A stretch of 35,120 nt of DNA from a virus (lineage: Duplodnaviria > Heunggongvirae > Uroviricota > Caudoviricetes): the IMG/VR virus record IMGVR_UViG_2534681658_000013. One strand, given 5' to 3'. The translations under genes were made by a program, and so were the position numbers. Numbering within the stretch: position 1 is the first letter of the stretch; the number at the start of each line of letters is the position of its first letter. Of this stretch, positions 8,419-16,192 are shown in pieces. The notes beneath the pieces are model-generated. The model was given only the letters and a program-made list of their open reading frames with translations, was not told where the DNA came from and made no database searches.

Positions 8419-8782
8419 TGGGTGTGTTTTATAAAAATACCGCCCATACACAACAAAATACAAAAAGTATTACAGATAAAAAAGGAGCGTAATGTGCAGA
8501 TTTGTTGTTTTCCATATTTACTCACCTTAATATGATTAATCCCGATAAGATTGTTATTTCAGCGGTTTTCAAATGAAATATTATGCTAATTTGGCAGATT
8601 TGCATAACATTAAAATTTAATTTATCTAACCGCTTTTAATAATAAGCGTTGTATTTTTATCCCAGCAATCTGTTGTTTGGTTTTTATTCCATTAAGGTGG
8701 GGCTTTACACTGGAGCCAGTTTATTTATACTTCATACGTCAGCCTGAACAACTGGCACCTGCTGCGCCAGCAGAGAAAACAG

Positions 8783-9061
8783 ATGGCGCACGATACCAAA
8801 TTTTACAATTCGGATAACTCTGCCGCCCCTGCCAGCAGGCACGGGCGGCGTTCTCATGCATTCAAATCTGACTGGTATCAGCACGACCCCTGCACCGAAG
8901 AACAGGCTGAATGGCTCATTCAGTGTTACCGCGGGCGCGGATGCGAGGTTAAAAAAGCCCTTAGCCTCGACTACCGTCACTGGATAATCTCCGTCAGGCT
9001 CCCTTACTCAGAACGGCCAGCGCGTCCGTCCCGCACATTCCAGCAACGGATCTGGAGGTAA
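8783..9061 (+). CDS. Hypothetical protein (92 aa), possibly a gene remnant
   Basis: ORF track; sits between the AT-rich 380-bp non-coding stretch and the DUF968 gene; no recognisable motif; unusual composition (Arg/Trp/His-rich). Confidence 0.3.
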   Translation: MAHDTKFYNSDNSAAPASRHGRRSHAFKSDWYQHDPCTEEQAEWLIQCYRGRGCEVKKALSLDYRHWIISVRLPYSERPARPSRTFQQRIWR

Positions 9062-9062
9062 T

Positions 9063-10121
9063 GTGCGGGTATTACTTCGATCTGTTCTGGTACCGGAACT
9101 CGGTCTGGTTATCGTTAAGCCAGGCCGTGAATCAATGTCAGCATTCCATAACGGCAGAATACTGGTGGAGCCGGAACCAAAAAGCATGCGTAATCTGCCG
9201 TCCGGGGTCGTTCCTGCCGCTCGCCAGCCGCTGGTGGAAGACAAAACATTGCTGCCGTTTTTCAGCGACGAACGAGTGATTCGTGCTGCTGGTGGCGCTG
9301 GCGCATTGTCTGACTGGTTACTGCGCCATGTTAAATCCTGCCAGTGGCCACACGGCGATTATCACCACAGTGAAACCGTCATTCACCGTTATGGTACCGG
9401 CGCAATGGTGTTGTGCTGGCACTGCGACAACCAGTTGCGTGACCAGACCTCAGAATCACTTGAGCAACTTGCTCACCAAAACTTGTCAGCATGGATGATT
9501 GACGTCATCCGTCACGCAATCAGCGGTACGCAGGAGAGGGAGTTATCGCTGGCCGAATTATCCTGGTGGGCGGTCTGCAATCAGGTGGCTGATGCGCTTC
9601 CGGAGTCTGTATCGTGTCGTTCACTGGGATTACCGGTGGAAAAAATCCGCTCCGTATACCGTGAGAGTGACATCGTACCGGGAGAACAGACTGCCACCAG
9701 CATACTGAAGCAGCGCACAAAAAATATTGCGCTGCCACTTCACGCCCACCAGCAACAGCCCCCACTCCAGGAAAAGACGTTAGTAAGCATCGCCGTTGAT
9801 CCGGAGTCTCCGGCTCAGTATCTCCAGCGCCAGAAACCACAACGGGAAGAGATGCCTGTATACACGCGCTGGGTAAAAACGCAGAAATGCATGACGTGCG
9901 GTAATCAGGCAGATGATCCGCATCACATCATTGGTCATGGCCTGGGAGGTATGGGAACAAAGGCTGATGATTTGTTTGTTATTCCGCTGTGCCGTAAATG
10001 TCATAACGAACTGCACGCCGGGGTAAAAGATTTTGAAGAAAAATACGGCAGCCAGCTGTTGTTGCTGATTCGTTTTTTAATGCACGCGAGAAATTCGGGT
10101 GTCCTGAAGTGGAAAGCATGA
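9063..10121 (+). CDS. DUF968-family protein (YdfU-like) with C-terminal HNH/zinc-finger-like Cys-His motifs
   Basis: C-terminal CMTCG...DPHHI...CRKCHNELH motif; GTG at 9063 with a GGAGG RBS (the alternative start is the ATG at 9135); position upstream of rusA in the nin-like region. Confidence 0.65.
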   Translation: MRVLLRSVLVPELGLVIVKPGRESMSAFHNGRILVEPEPKSMRNLPSGVVPAARQPLVEDKTLLPFFSDERVIRAAGGAGALSDWLLRHVKSCQWPHGDYHHSETVIHRYGTGAMVLCWHCDNQLRDQTSESLEQLAHQNLSAWMIDVIRHAISGTQERELSLAELSWWAVCNQVADALPESVSCRSLGLPVEKIRSVYRESDIVPGEQTATSILKQRTKNIALPLHAHQQQPPLQEKTLVSIAVDPESPAQYLQRQKPQREEMPVYTRWVKTQKCMTCGNQADDPHHIIGHGLGGMGTKADDLFVIPLCRKCHNELHAGVKDFEEKYGSQLLLLIRFLMHARNSGVLKWKA

Positions 10122-10502
10122 ATGACCGAACGCATAGAATTTGTTTTGCCTTACCCGCCAACGGTGAACACCTACTGGCGACGTCGTGGCAGCACATATT
10201 TTGTATCAAAAGCCGGTGAGCGTTATCGCCGTGATGTGGCGCTTATTGTTCGCCAGCAGCGGCTGAAATTAAGCCTGTCCGGAAGGCTGGCGATAAAGGT
10301 GATTGCAGAGCCACCGGATAAGCGTCGTCGCGACCTGGACAATATCCTGAAAGCACCGCTGGATGCGCTGACGCATGCGGGAGTGTTAATGGACGATGAG
10401 CAGTTTGATGAAATCAATATCGTTCGTGGTCAGCCAGTATCTGGTGGACGTATGGGGGTGAAGATTTACCCCATAATGCATGAAGAGCAGGTCAAAAAAT
10501 GA
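10122..10502 (+). CDS. rusA: Holliday junction resolvase RusA
   Basis: 126 aa, N-terminus IEFVLPYPPTVNTYWRRRG and acidic catalytic region typical of RusA; conserved position just upstream of Q in lambdoid phages. Confidence 0.85.
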   Translation: MTERIEFVLPYPPTVNTYWRRRGSTYFVSKAGERYRRDVALIVRQQRLKLSLSGRLAIKVIAEPPDKRRRDLDNILKAPLDALTHAGVLMDDEQFDEINIVRGQPVSGGRMGVKIYPIMHEEQVKK

Positions 10503-11320
10503 AACTGGAAGATTTACCGAAATACTACTCCCCAAAATCCCCTGGCCTGACCGATGCATCGGCCTCAACGTCAAAAGATGCGCTGAGTATCACTGATGTG
10601 ATGGCCGCGCAGGGCATGACACAGAATCGGGCTGAGATGGGTTTTTCTGCGTTCCTGGGGAAAATGGGCATCAGTATGAATGACAGGGCGCGGGCAACAG
10701 AATTACTGGCAGATTATGCACTCAGTCGGTGCGATCGTGTGGCGGCGTTGAGAAAACTTCCGGCAGAAATAAAACCGGTAGTGATGCGCATTATGGCTTC
10801 GTACGCTTTTGAGGATTATGCCCGCAGCGCAGCGAGTAAAAAGCAGTGCCCTTGTTGCTATGGGGAAAAATTTATTGAAAGCGTAGTTTTTACAAACAAG
10901 GTCCAGTATCCGGATGGTAAGCCGCCGGTATGGGCAAAGTGTACGAAAGGTGTGTATTCGTCTTACTGGGAAGAATGGAAAAAAGTCAGGGAGGGGGTAA
11001 AAGTTGCCTGTCCGGAGTGTGGCGGAAAGGGTGAGGTTTCCACCGCCTGTAAGGATTGCCGTGGGCGTGGTGTCGCCATTCATCGTGAAGAGTCGGTAAA
11101 ACGTGGTATGCCTGTTATCAGAGACTGCCAGCGTTGTGGTGGTCGTGGCTATGAAAGACTACCATCAACGGAGGCATTTAATGCTATATGCGAGGTGACA
11201 AACCAGATAACACGCGCGTCATGGGAAAAAACAGTTAAGAAATTCTATGATGCGCTGGTGACCCGGTTTGATGTTGAAGAAGCATGGGCTGAGCGGCAGT
11301 TAAAAAAGGTAACTAGGTAA
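10499..11320 (+). CDS. Putative late-gene antiterminator (Q-like) with CxxCxGxG zinc-finger repeats
   Basis: Synteny (after rusA, immediately before a pR'-like promoter, terminator and late genes); Cys-rich repeats CPECGGKG, CKDCRGRG, CQRCGGRG. Family assignment is by position and zinc motifs, not by recognised sequence identity. Confidence 0.55.
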   Translation: MKLEDLPKYYSPKSPGLTDASASTSKDALSITDVMAAQGMTQNRAEMGFSAFLGKMGISMNDRARATELLADYALSRCDRVAALRKLPAEIKPVVMRIMASYAFEDYARSAASKKQCPCCYGEKFIESVVFTNKVQYPDGKPPVWAKCTKGVYSSYWEEWKKVREGVKVACPECGGKGEVSTACKDCRGRGVAIHREESVKRGMPVIRDCQRCGGRGYERLPSTEAFNAICEVTNQITRASWEKTVKKFYDALVTRFDVEEAWAERQLKKVTR

Positions 11321-11325
11321 CAAGG

Positions 11326-11353
11326 TTGATTTTTCCGGAATCTGTGGTAAATT
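11326..11353 (+). promoter_or_regulatory. Candidate late promoter (pR'-like)
   Basis: TTGATT (11326..11331), 16-nt spacer, TAAATT (11348..11353), immediately downstream of the Q-like stop; mirrors the lambda pR' arrangement. Confidence 0.4.
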
Positions 11354-11400
11354 CGTCATAATAATGGGCTTTTTATGCCTGACGTTAGAAGAGTTTCTAC

Positions 11401-11426
11401 AACCCGCCGCCGAGCGGGTTTTTTAT
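11401..11426 (+). terminator. Rho-independent terminator (tR'-like) downstream of the late promoter
   Basis: Hairpin aacccgc-cgccga-gcgggtt followed by TTTTATT; lies about 50 nt downstream of the candidate -10, so it would give a short 6S-like leader RNA unless antiterminated. Confidence 0.5.
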
Positions 11427-11463
11427 TGCGGAATTAATTACGGACCGTTATTATTCTGCTCCC

Positions 11464-11539
11464 GGCCCTTTAGCTCAGTGGTGAGAGCGAGCGACTCATA
11501 ATCGCCAGGTCGCTGGTTCAAATCCAGCAAGGGCCACCA
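11464..11539 (+). tRNA. tRNA-Ile2 (anticodon CAU, lysidine type; ileX/ileZ-like)
   Basis: Hand-folded cloverleaf: acceptor GGCCCTT/AAGGGCC, D-stem GCTC/GAGC, anticodon loop CTCATAA, T-arm GCTGG-TTCAAAT-CCAGC, encoded CCA. Very close to my recollection of E. coli ileX, so more likely Ile2 than elongator Met. Confidence 0.8.
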
Positions 11540-11639
11540 TCACAAACCGCCATTAGCTTATCAGGAAGAGCAGACGACACGATAACAGGGTTGTTGGTGC
11601 GGGGGCGGGTCCCCGATGGCGGTCCATTATCGGTATTCA

Positions 11640-11713
11640 GCGTTGTTAGCTCAGCCGGACAGAGCAATTGCCTTCTAAGCAATCGGTCACTGGTTCGAAT
11701 CCAGTACAGCGCG
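11640..11713 (+). tRNA. tRNA-Arg (anticodon UCU, reads AGA)
   Basis: Hand-folded cloverleaf: acceptor GCGTTGT/ACAGCGC (one G-U pair), anticodon stem ATTGC/GCAAT with loop CTTCTAA, T-arm ACTGG-TTCGAAT-CCAGT; CCA not encoded. Resembles argN/argO-type tRNAs of lambdoid prophages. Confidence 0.75.
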
Positions 11714-11826
11714 CTATATTCATTCTTCCAGATTCCTTCCGGCAGAGCCTTATACTGAAATATACCTGGCTCAGGATATTGTTGAAAATATTTTATGTTT
11801 GTCAAAAATAAAAGTTCTGTTAAGTA

Positions 11827-12180
11827 TTGATTGAGTGTTTGTTATACGGTCTAATGGTTTTTTCAGCATTAAATATTTATCATTCATATGGTGTGGGTAG
11901 AGTGAATATTGATGAGGCGTCGGGGTGTTTCATCCTTAGGCAGCGTATTGATATAGTCAATGCAGGACGAGCAAAGGCCTTCAGCCGTTTGACAGTTTTG
12001 TTCTGTACTCCTGATCGTCTTTCGGGAAGAGACGTTATTATTCTGAATAGTGATGCTATACAGAGGGTTTGCGATGAGTTCATGGTTGCTAATTCAGAAT
12101 TATTTGCTCTTGTTCAGGAGTACAACAGAATAGCCAGGACCTGTGGTATGGATGAACTTCGGATTACTCATCTGGGGTAG
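11827..12180 (+). CDS. Hypothetical accessory (moron-position) protein
   Basis: ORF track; AT-rich; located between the tRNAs and the lysis cassette, where lambdoid phages carry cargo such as stx. No motif recognised. Confidence 0.35.
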   Translation: MIECLLYGLMVFSALNIYHSYGVGRVNIDEASGCFILRQRIDIVNAGRAKAFSRLTVLFCTPDRLSGRDVIILNSDAIQRVCDEFMVANSELFALVQEYNRIARTCGMDELRITHLG

Positions 12181-12571
12181 ATACATATCTGGATTATCAC
12201 TTGTTACGGTAAAAAGTGATTGCTTACTGTTTTTGTGAGTGGCATTGCAGCAGCCGGATAATGTCAGTGCTGGCTGACGGTGTGCTGGTGGCGGGTGTGG
12301 TGGTTGTTGCTTTCCCGTTGCTGAAAAAGAAAACGCCAGACTGTTAGCCGGGTATCAGTTAGCGGGAGAAATTTTTAAATACTTCACAATTCAGGCGGTT
12401 GACTGTTGTCTGGTTTGCGGGGAGTTTGTTAAAAGAAACTGGCATGGTGAATCCCCCTGTGCGGAGGGGCAATCAGCGAGTAGGTATATGGGATAATCGC
12501 GGATTCAGGTGCTGGTACTGAATTCACCGGGAGGCACCCGGCACCATGCAATGGCACATAGCGCCACTCTC

Positions 12572-12600
12572 CAGCCCCTCTCCGGAGGGGCTGTTTATAT
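12572..12600 (+). terminator. Strong intrinsic terminator hairpin
   Basis: 9-bp perfect stem cagcccctc-tccg-gaggggctg followed by TTTATATTGATTTT. Confidence 0.5.
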
Positions 12601-12627
12601 TGATTTTGTCAGATGTGAGTAAACTCC

Positions 12628-12963
12628 TTATGGACTTTGTTGTTTTAGTCCATAAGGACATATTTGCAGAGTGCAACGGTTATTAAAGCATTCATTCAAT
12701 ACGTTATCTGTATTTGTAGGACATTCCTGGCTGTTTTTGATTAAATTCCAGAATGTTTTATTGAATGGTACTACGTTGTAAATGGTTACAGGTAGCACTT
12801 TGTTATTGAGCATGATACCTGTGTGAGTCAGTGTAAATATACTTTCAGGAGGTAAGAAAGCATCCGATTGATACCAGATTATTAATTTTATTTTACTCCA
12901 TATGACTGAAAAAGATATTCCGCATGATGGCTGGATAACTGTATCAATCACAATCCACTTCAT
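12628..12963 (-). CDS. Hypothetical accessory protein, antisense to the late operon
   Basis: ORF track; very AT-rich; opposite orientation to surrounding late genes. Confidence 0.35.
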   Translation of the reverse strand: MKWIVIDTVIQPSCGISFSVIWSKIKLIIWYQSDAFLPPESIFTLTHTGIMLNNKVLPVTIYNVVPFNKTFWNLIKNSQECPTNTDNVLNECFNNRCTLQICPYGLKQQSP

Positions 12964-13223
12964 TTAGCTTCCTTGTTTATGCCTTGCTGGTGATGTTCTG
13001 AAAAGTATAAATGATATTTTTGAATATAAACCATAGAGCAGAATTATTTTTCTGATGTTGTTTATTGTTTATTTAAATGCAGGGTGGTTTATATCTCGTC
13101 TTGTAGTTTATCCATGCATATCTGCTTGATGATCAGGTTTCTATTTAAGGTATGGTTTTGTGTTTTTTCTGTGTTACATGTCTGGTATTTTAAAGAATTA
13201 TTTTTCAGATGGTGGAAAGAACC

Positions 13224-13412
13224 ATGGCATTTAAACACTATGATGTTGTCAGGGCGGCGCCGCCGTCAGATCTTGCGGAAAAGCTGACACATAAACTGAA
13301 AGAGGGCTGGCAGCCGTTTGGTAGTCCGGTGGCCATAACCCCTTATACCCTGATGCAGGCGATTGCAGCAGAAGGTGATGTGGTGGTCAGTGGTGCAACT
13401 GAGCCCGAGTGA
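13224..13412 (+). CDS. Small conserved lambdoid-prophage protein upstream of holin (possibly DUF1737-like)
   Basis: ATG at 13224 with GGAAAG RBS (the ORF track starts 5 codons earlier at 13209); 62 aa. Family name is from memory and uncertain. Confidence 0.45.
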   Translation: MAFKHYDVVRAAPPSDLAEKLTHKLKEGWQPFGSPVAITPYTLMQAIAAEGDVVVSGATEPE

Positions 13413-13719
13413 TACTACGTCATCGTACTGGCCCGGCATTCCAGGCCATAAAAGACAGTCTGGCAGTGGGACTAAATGTACTGACGCTGACGGATATTAC
13501 CAAAAATGCAACGTATGGCGTTGAGATAGAAAGTCTGGTGCTGGAGATAAATGCACCGGCATCATCATAAAAAGTGAGCCAGTCAAATGGAAGGTATCGT
13601 TAAACTCACCGGTAGTGTCAGTGGATCGTCTGAGACGCTTGCATGAGTTATCAGAGCCATCAGTAGTTAACTGGTGGCTTTTTTATTGTTGTCAGCTTCC
13701 GGATAACGGGAGACGGGGT

Positions 13720-13935
13720 ATGGACCAGATGGAAAAAATCACAACAGGTGTGTCATACACCACGTCAGCGGTGGGAACGGGCTACTGGTTCCTGCAGTTG
13801 CTGGACAGGGTTTCCCCGTCTCAGTGGGCGGCAATAGGCGTGCTGGGGAGTCTGCTGTTTGGGCTGCTGACATATCTGACTAACCTGTATTTCAAAATCA
13901 GAGAGGACCGTCGTAAGGCGGCACGGGGAGAGTAA
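13720..13935 (+). CDS. Class II holin / pinholin (phage 21 S-like) with dual-start motif
   Basis: 71 aa [26 protein letters not shown]...[15 protein letters not shown] closely resembles the S21 pinholin; Met1/Met4 dual start (antiholin/holin); GGAGACGGGG RBS. The ORF track extends it upstream to 13615 in frame. Confidence 0.8.
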   Translation: MDQMEKITTGVSYTTSAVGTGYWFLQLLDRVSPSQWAAIGVLGSLLFGLLTYLTNLYFKIREDRRKAARGE

Positions 13936-13939
13936 TTCA

Positions 13940-14284
13940 ATGACTCAAAACTATGAACTGATTGTGAAAGGGATCCGCAATTTTGAGAATAAAGTTACGG
14001 TAACTTTAGCGTTACGGGACAAAAAACGCTTTGACGGTGAAATTTTTGACCTGGACATCTCGCTGGACCGTGTTGAAGGTGCCGCGCTGGAGTTTTATGA
14101 GGCAGCAGCCAGAAGGAGCATCAGACAGGTCTTCCTGGATGTTGCTGCCGGGTTATGTGAAGGGGATGAGCAGTCGCCGGAAAAGCGCCCCGTAATTTTA
14201 GAGGCGCAGGATGTGTTGATAACCTACAGAGGAAAACTACCGGGAATAATTACGGGTTCTCTGAAGAGTCCGCCGAAATGGTAA
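13940..14284 (+). CDS. Hypothetical protein inserted between holin and endolysin
   Basis: ORF track, 114 aa; starts 5 nt after the holin stop; no motif recognised. Confidence 0.45.
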   Translation: MTQNYELIVKGIRNFENKVTVTLALRDKKRFDGEIFDLDISLDRVEGAALEFYEAAARRSIRQVFLDVAAGLCEGDEQSPEKRPVILEAQDVLITYRGKLPGIITGSLKSPPKW

Positions 14285-14522
14285 TTTTACCAGCATATTT
14301 TTCATCCAGTAATACAGCAAGCCGCCTGAAAGAGTCTTGTTGTTCCTGAGACCATTTGGGATTGCATGATTCAAACTGGATTGATGCCAGCGTTGATTGC
14401 ATCTGTTCCCTTGGAATTGAGAATGCCAGATATGAGAAGGCGACGGTAAGGGTATTCACGTCTTCCCGAAGCCTGGAAATGCTGTCGAGCAACTCCTGTA
14501 GAGAAATGGTGTTATTGTCCAT
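14250..14522 (-). CDS. Hypothetical protein, convergent with and overlapping the previous ORF
   Basis: ORF track, 90 aa; its 3' end overlaps the 3' end of 13940..14284 by 35 nt. Confidence 0.35.
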   Translation of the reverse strand: MDNNTISLQELLDSISRLREDVNTLTVAFSYLAFSIPREQMQSTLASIQFESCNPKWSQEQQDSFRRLAVLLDEKYAGKITISADSSENP

Positions 14523-14627
14523 AAATAATCCTCATGATTGTATTGACCTGTTAGCAGCCTGAGGCAACAGGCTGGAACTGATAAACATATCCAGGGCTCA
14601 GAAACCGATAAATCCTGATAAATATCC

Positions 14628-15161
14628 ATGAACGCAAAAATCAGATACGGCCTGTCGGCTGCCGTTCTGGCGCTGATTGCCGCTGGTGCGCCTGCGCCTG
14701 ACATTCTCGACCAGTTTCTGGATGAAAAGGAAGGTAACCACACCACGGCATACCGTGATGGCGCGGGTATCTGGACCATCTGCCGCGGTGCCATCCTGGT
14801 GGATGGCAAACCTGTCGTTCCGGGCATGAAGTTGTCGAAGGAAAAATGCGACCGGGTTAACGCCATTGAGCGTGATAAGGCGCTGGCATGGGTGGAGAAA
14901 AACATCAAAGTGCCATTGAGCGAACCCCAGAAAGCGGGGATCGCGTCATTCTGTCCGTACAACATTGGTCCCGGTAAGTGTTTCCCGTCGACGTTTTATA
15001 AACGAATTAATGCAGGTGATCGCAGGGGAGCGTGTGAGGCGATTCGCTGGTGGATTAAGGACGGTGGCAGAGACTGCCGTATTCGTTCAAACAACTGCTA
15101 CGGTCAGGTATCCCGTCGTGACCAGGAGAGCGCGCTGGCGTGCTGGGGTATCGACAGATAA
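14628..15161 (+). CDS. SAR endolysin (T4-type lysozyme, R21-like)
   Basis: N-terminal Gly/Ala-rich signal-anchor-release segment (GLSAAVLALIAAGAPA) followed by a lysozyme-like domain (EGNHTTAYRDGAGIWTICRG); pairs naturally with the pinholin. Confidence 0.85.
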   Translation: MNAKIRYGLSAAVLALIAAGAPAPDILDQFLDEKEGNHTTAYRDGAGIWTICRGAILVDGKPVVPGMKLSKEKCDRVNAIERDKALAWVEKNIKVPLSEPQKAGIASFCPYNIGPGKCFPSTFYKRINAGDRRGACEAIRWWIKDGGRDCRIRSNNCYGQVSRRDQESALACWGIDR

Positions 15162-15250
15162 GCAGAATATTTTGCTGAAAAATGCGGTTTGCTTACACGG
15201 ACGGATAACACGAAATCCTGCGAACTGACAAAAACTAAGTGAATAAAAGT

Positions 15251-15290
15251 AAAAACCCCGTTTGTTGGCTGCAAGCGGGGTTTTGTGTTT
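15251..15290 (+). terminator. Intrinsic terminator between endolysin and spanin genes
   Basis: Hairpin aaaaccccgtttg-ttggctg-caagcggggtttt (9-bp stem including one G-U) followed by TTTTGTGTTT; preceded by an A-tract, so possibly bidirectional. Confidence 0.5.
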
Positions 15291-15359
15291 CCTGACTCTG
15301 GAAAAGTCAAAGGAGAAAGTGTGTTTGATTTTAGCAAACTGATTCGGGAGATTCGAGTG

Positions 15360-15458
15360 ATGGCTGAAAAATTATCCACCTGGAAGTTCATTCTTATCTG
15401 GCTGGTGTTTGTGATTATGGCCTCCGGTTATTTCATCGGTCAGATACGCTGGTGGTGA
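15360..15458 (+). CDS. Small hydrophobic ORF (32 aa from the ATG; 45 aa if GTG at 15321 is used), putative small membrane protein
   Basis: Hand translation: MAEKLSTWKFILIWLVFVIMASGYFIGQIRWW, one predicted transmembrane segment; the stop lies 1 nt before the Rz ATG; AGGAGAAAG precedes the upstream GTG. Below the ORF-track size cutoff. Confidence 0.3.
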   Translation: MAEKLSTWKFILIWLVFVIMASGYFIGQIRWW

Positions 15459-15459
15459 A

Positions 15460-15927
15460 ATGAACCGCGTACTGTGCGTGGTCATCATTGCCCTGCTGGT
15501 GGCCTGTGGTGCGCTTAGTCTGGGGCTGAATCATTACCGTGATAACGCCATAACCTACAAAGAGCAGCGCGATAAAAAAGTCAGTGAGCTGGAGCAGGCA
15601 AATGCAACCATTACTGATATGCAGCAGCGCCAGCGTGATGTTGCTGCACTTGATGCCAGATACTCGAGGGAATTAGCCGATGCGAGAGCTGAAAATGAAA
15701 CTCTGCGCGCTGACGTTGCCGCTGGTCGTAAGCGCCTGCGGATCAACGCCACCTGCCCCGGTACCGTGCGTGAAGCCCCCACCACCTCCGGCGTGGATAA
15801 TGCAACCGGCCCCCGACTGGCAGACACCGCTGAACGGGATTATTTCACTCTCAGAGAGCGGTTGATGCTGATGCAGAAGCAGCTGGAAGTGGCGCAGGAA
15901 TATATCCGCACTCAGTGCCTGAAATAA
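15460..15927 (+). CDS. Rz: i-spanin Rz
   Basis: N-terminal transmembrane anchor, coiled-coil-rich periplasmic domain, Rz1 embedded in the +1 frame; follows the endolysin. Confidence 0.8.
   Translation: MNRVLCVVIIALLVACGALSLGLNHYRDNAITYKEQRDKKVSELEQANATITDMQQRQRDVAALDARYSRELADARAENETLRADVAAGRKRLRINATCPGTVREAPTTSGVDNATGPRLADTAERDYFTLRERLMLMQKQLEVAQEYIRTQCLK
15695..15865 (+). CDS. Rz1: o-spanin Rz1 (outer-membrane lipoprotein) embedded within Rz
   Basis: MKLCALTLPLVVSAC lipobox signal followed by a proline-rich mature region; entirely inside Rz in another frame. Confidence 0.7.
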   Translation: MKLCALTLPLVVSACGSTPPAPVPCVKPPPPPAWIMQPAPDWQTPLNGIISLSESG

Positions 15928-16180
15928 GTTTTGCTGATGCGCGGTATTGTCGCCGTATCCCCGCATTAACAGAGACCGCAGCCCGACCGGGAGACTCCTC
16001 TGCGCGAGTGTGCGGGGATAATCAAAAACGATACACACCGGGGTTTACCGCGTTAACGGAGCGCGGCGTTGTCCCCTCATAGTCGCCTGTCCGGTGCGAT
16101 GGTGGAAGAAACTGGACTACATTGAAAATGATAACCATTATCGTTTTTGCGGGTCCTTTCCGGCGATCCGGGCCGTTACG

Positions 16181-16192
16181 GGGCGGCGACCT
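16181..16192 (+). other. cosN cohesive-end site (lambda type), with flanking cosQ/cosB in about 16140..16368
   Basis: GGGCGGCGACCT matches the lambda 12-nt cohesive end exactly; the flanking sequence (gggtcctttccgg...ttacg upstream, tcgcggtttttcactatttatgaaaattttt downstream) closely matches the lambda genome ends as I recall them; located about 180 bp upstream of Nu1. Confidence 0.75.

Noticed and set aside
9061-9279. 72-aa ORF starting at the ATG at 9061
   Set aside because: Alternative frame over the start of the DUF968 gene; the Cys-His motif frame (9063/9135..10121) is the coherent one.
11540-11639. Possible third tRNA between the two called tRNAs
   Set aside because: I could not fold this segment into a cloverleaf with a proper acceptor stem and T-arm by hand; left uncalled pending a tRNAscan-SE run.
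11827-13200. Possibility that Shiga toxin (stxAB) genes occupy the cargo site between the tRNAs and the lysis genes
   Set aside because: The ORFs present are too short and do not resemble Stx A (about 315 aa) or B (about 89 aa with signal peptide) subunits.
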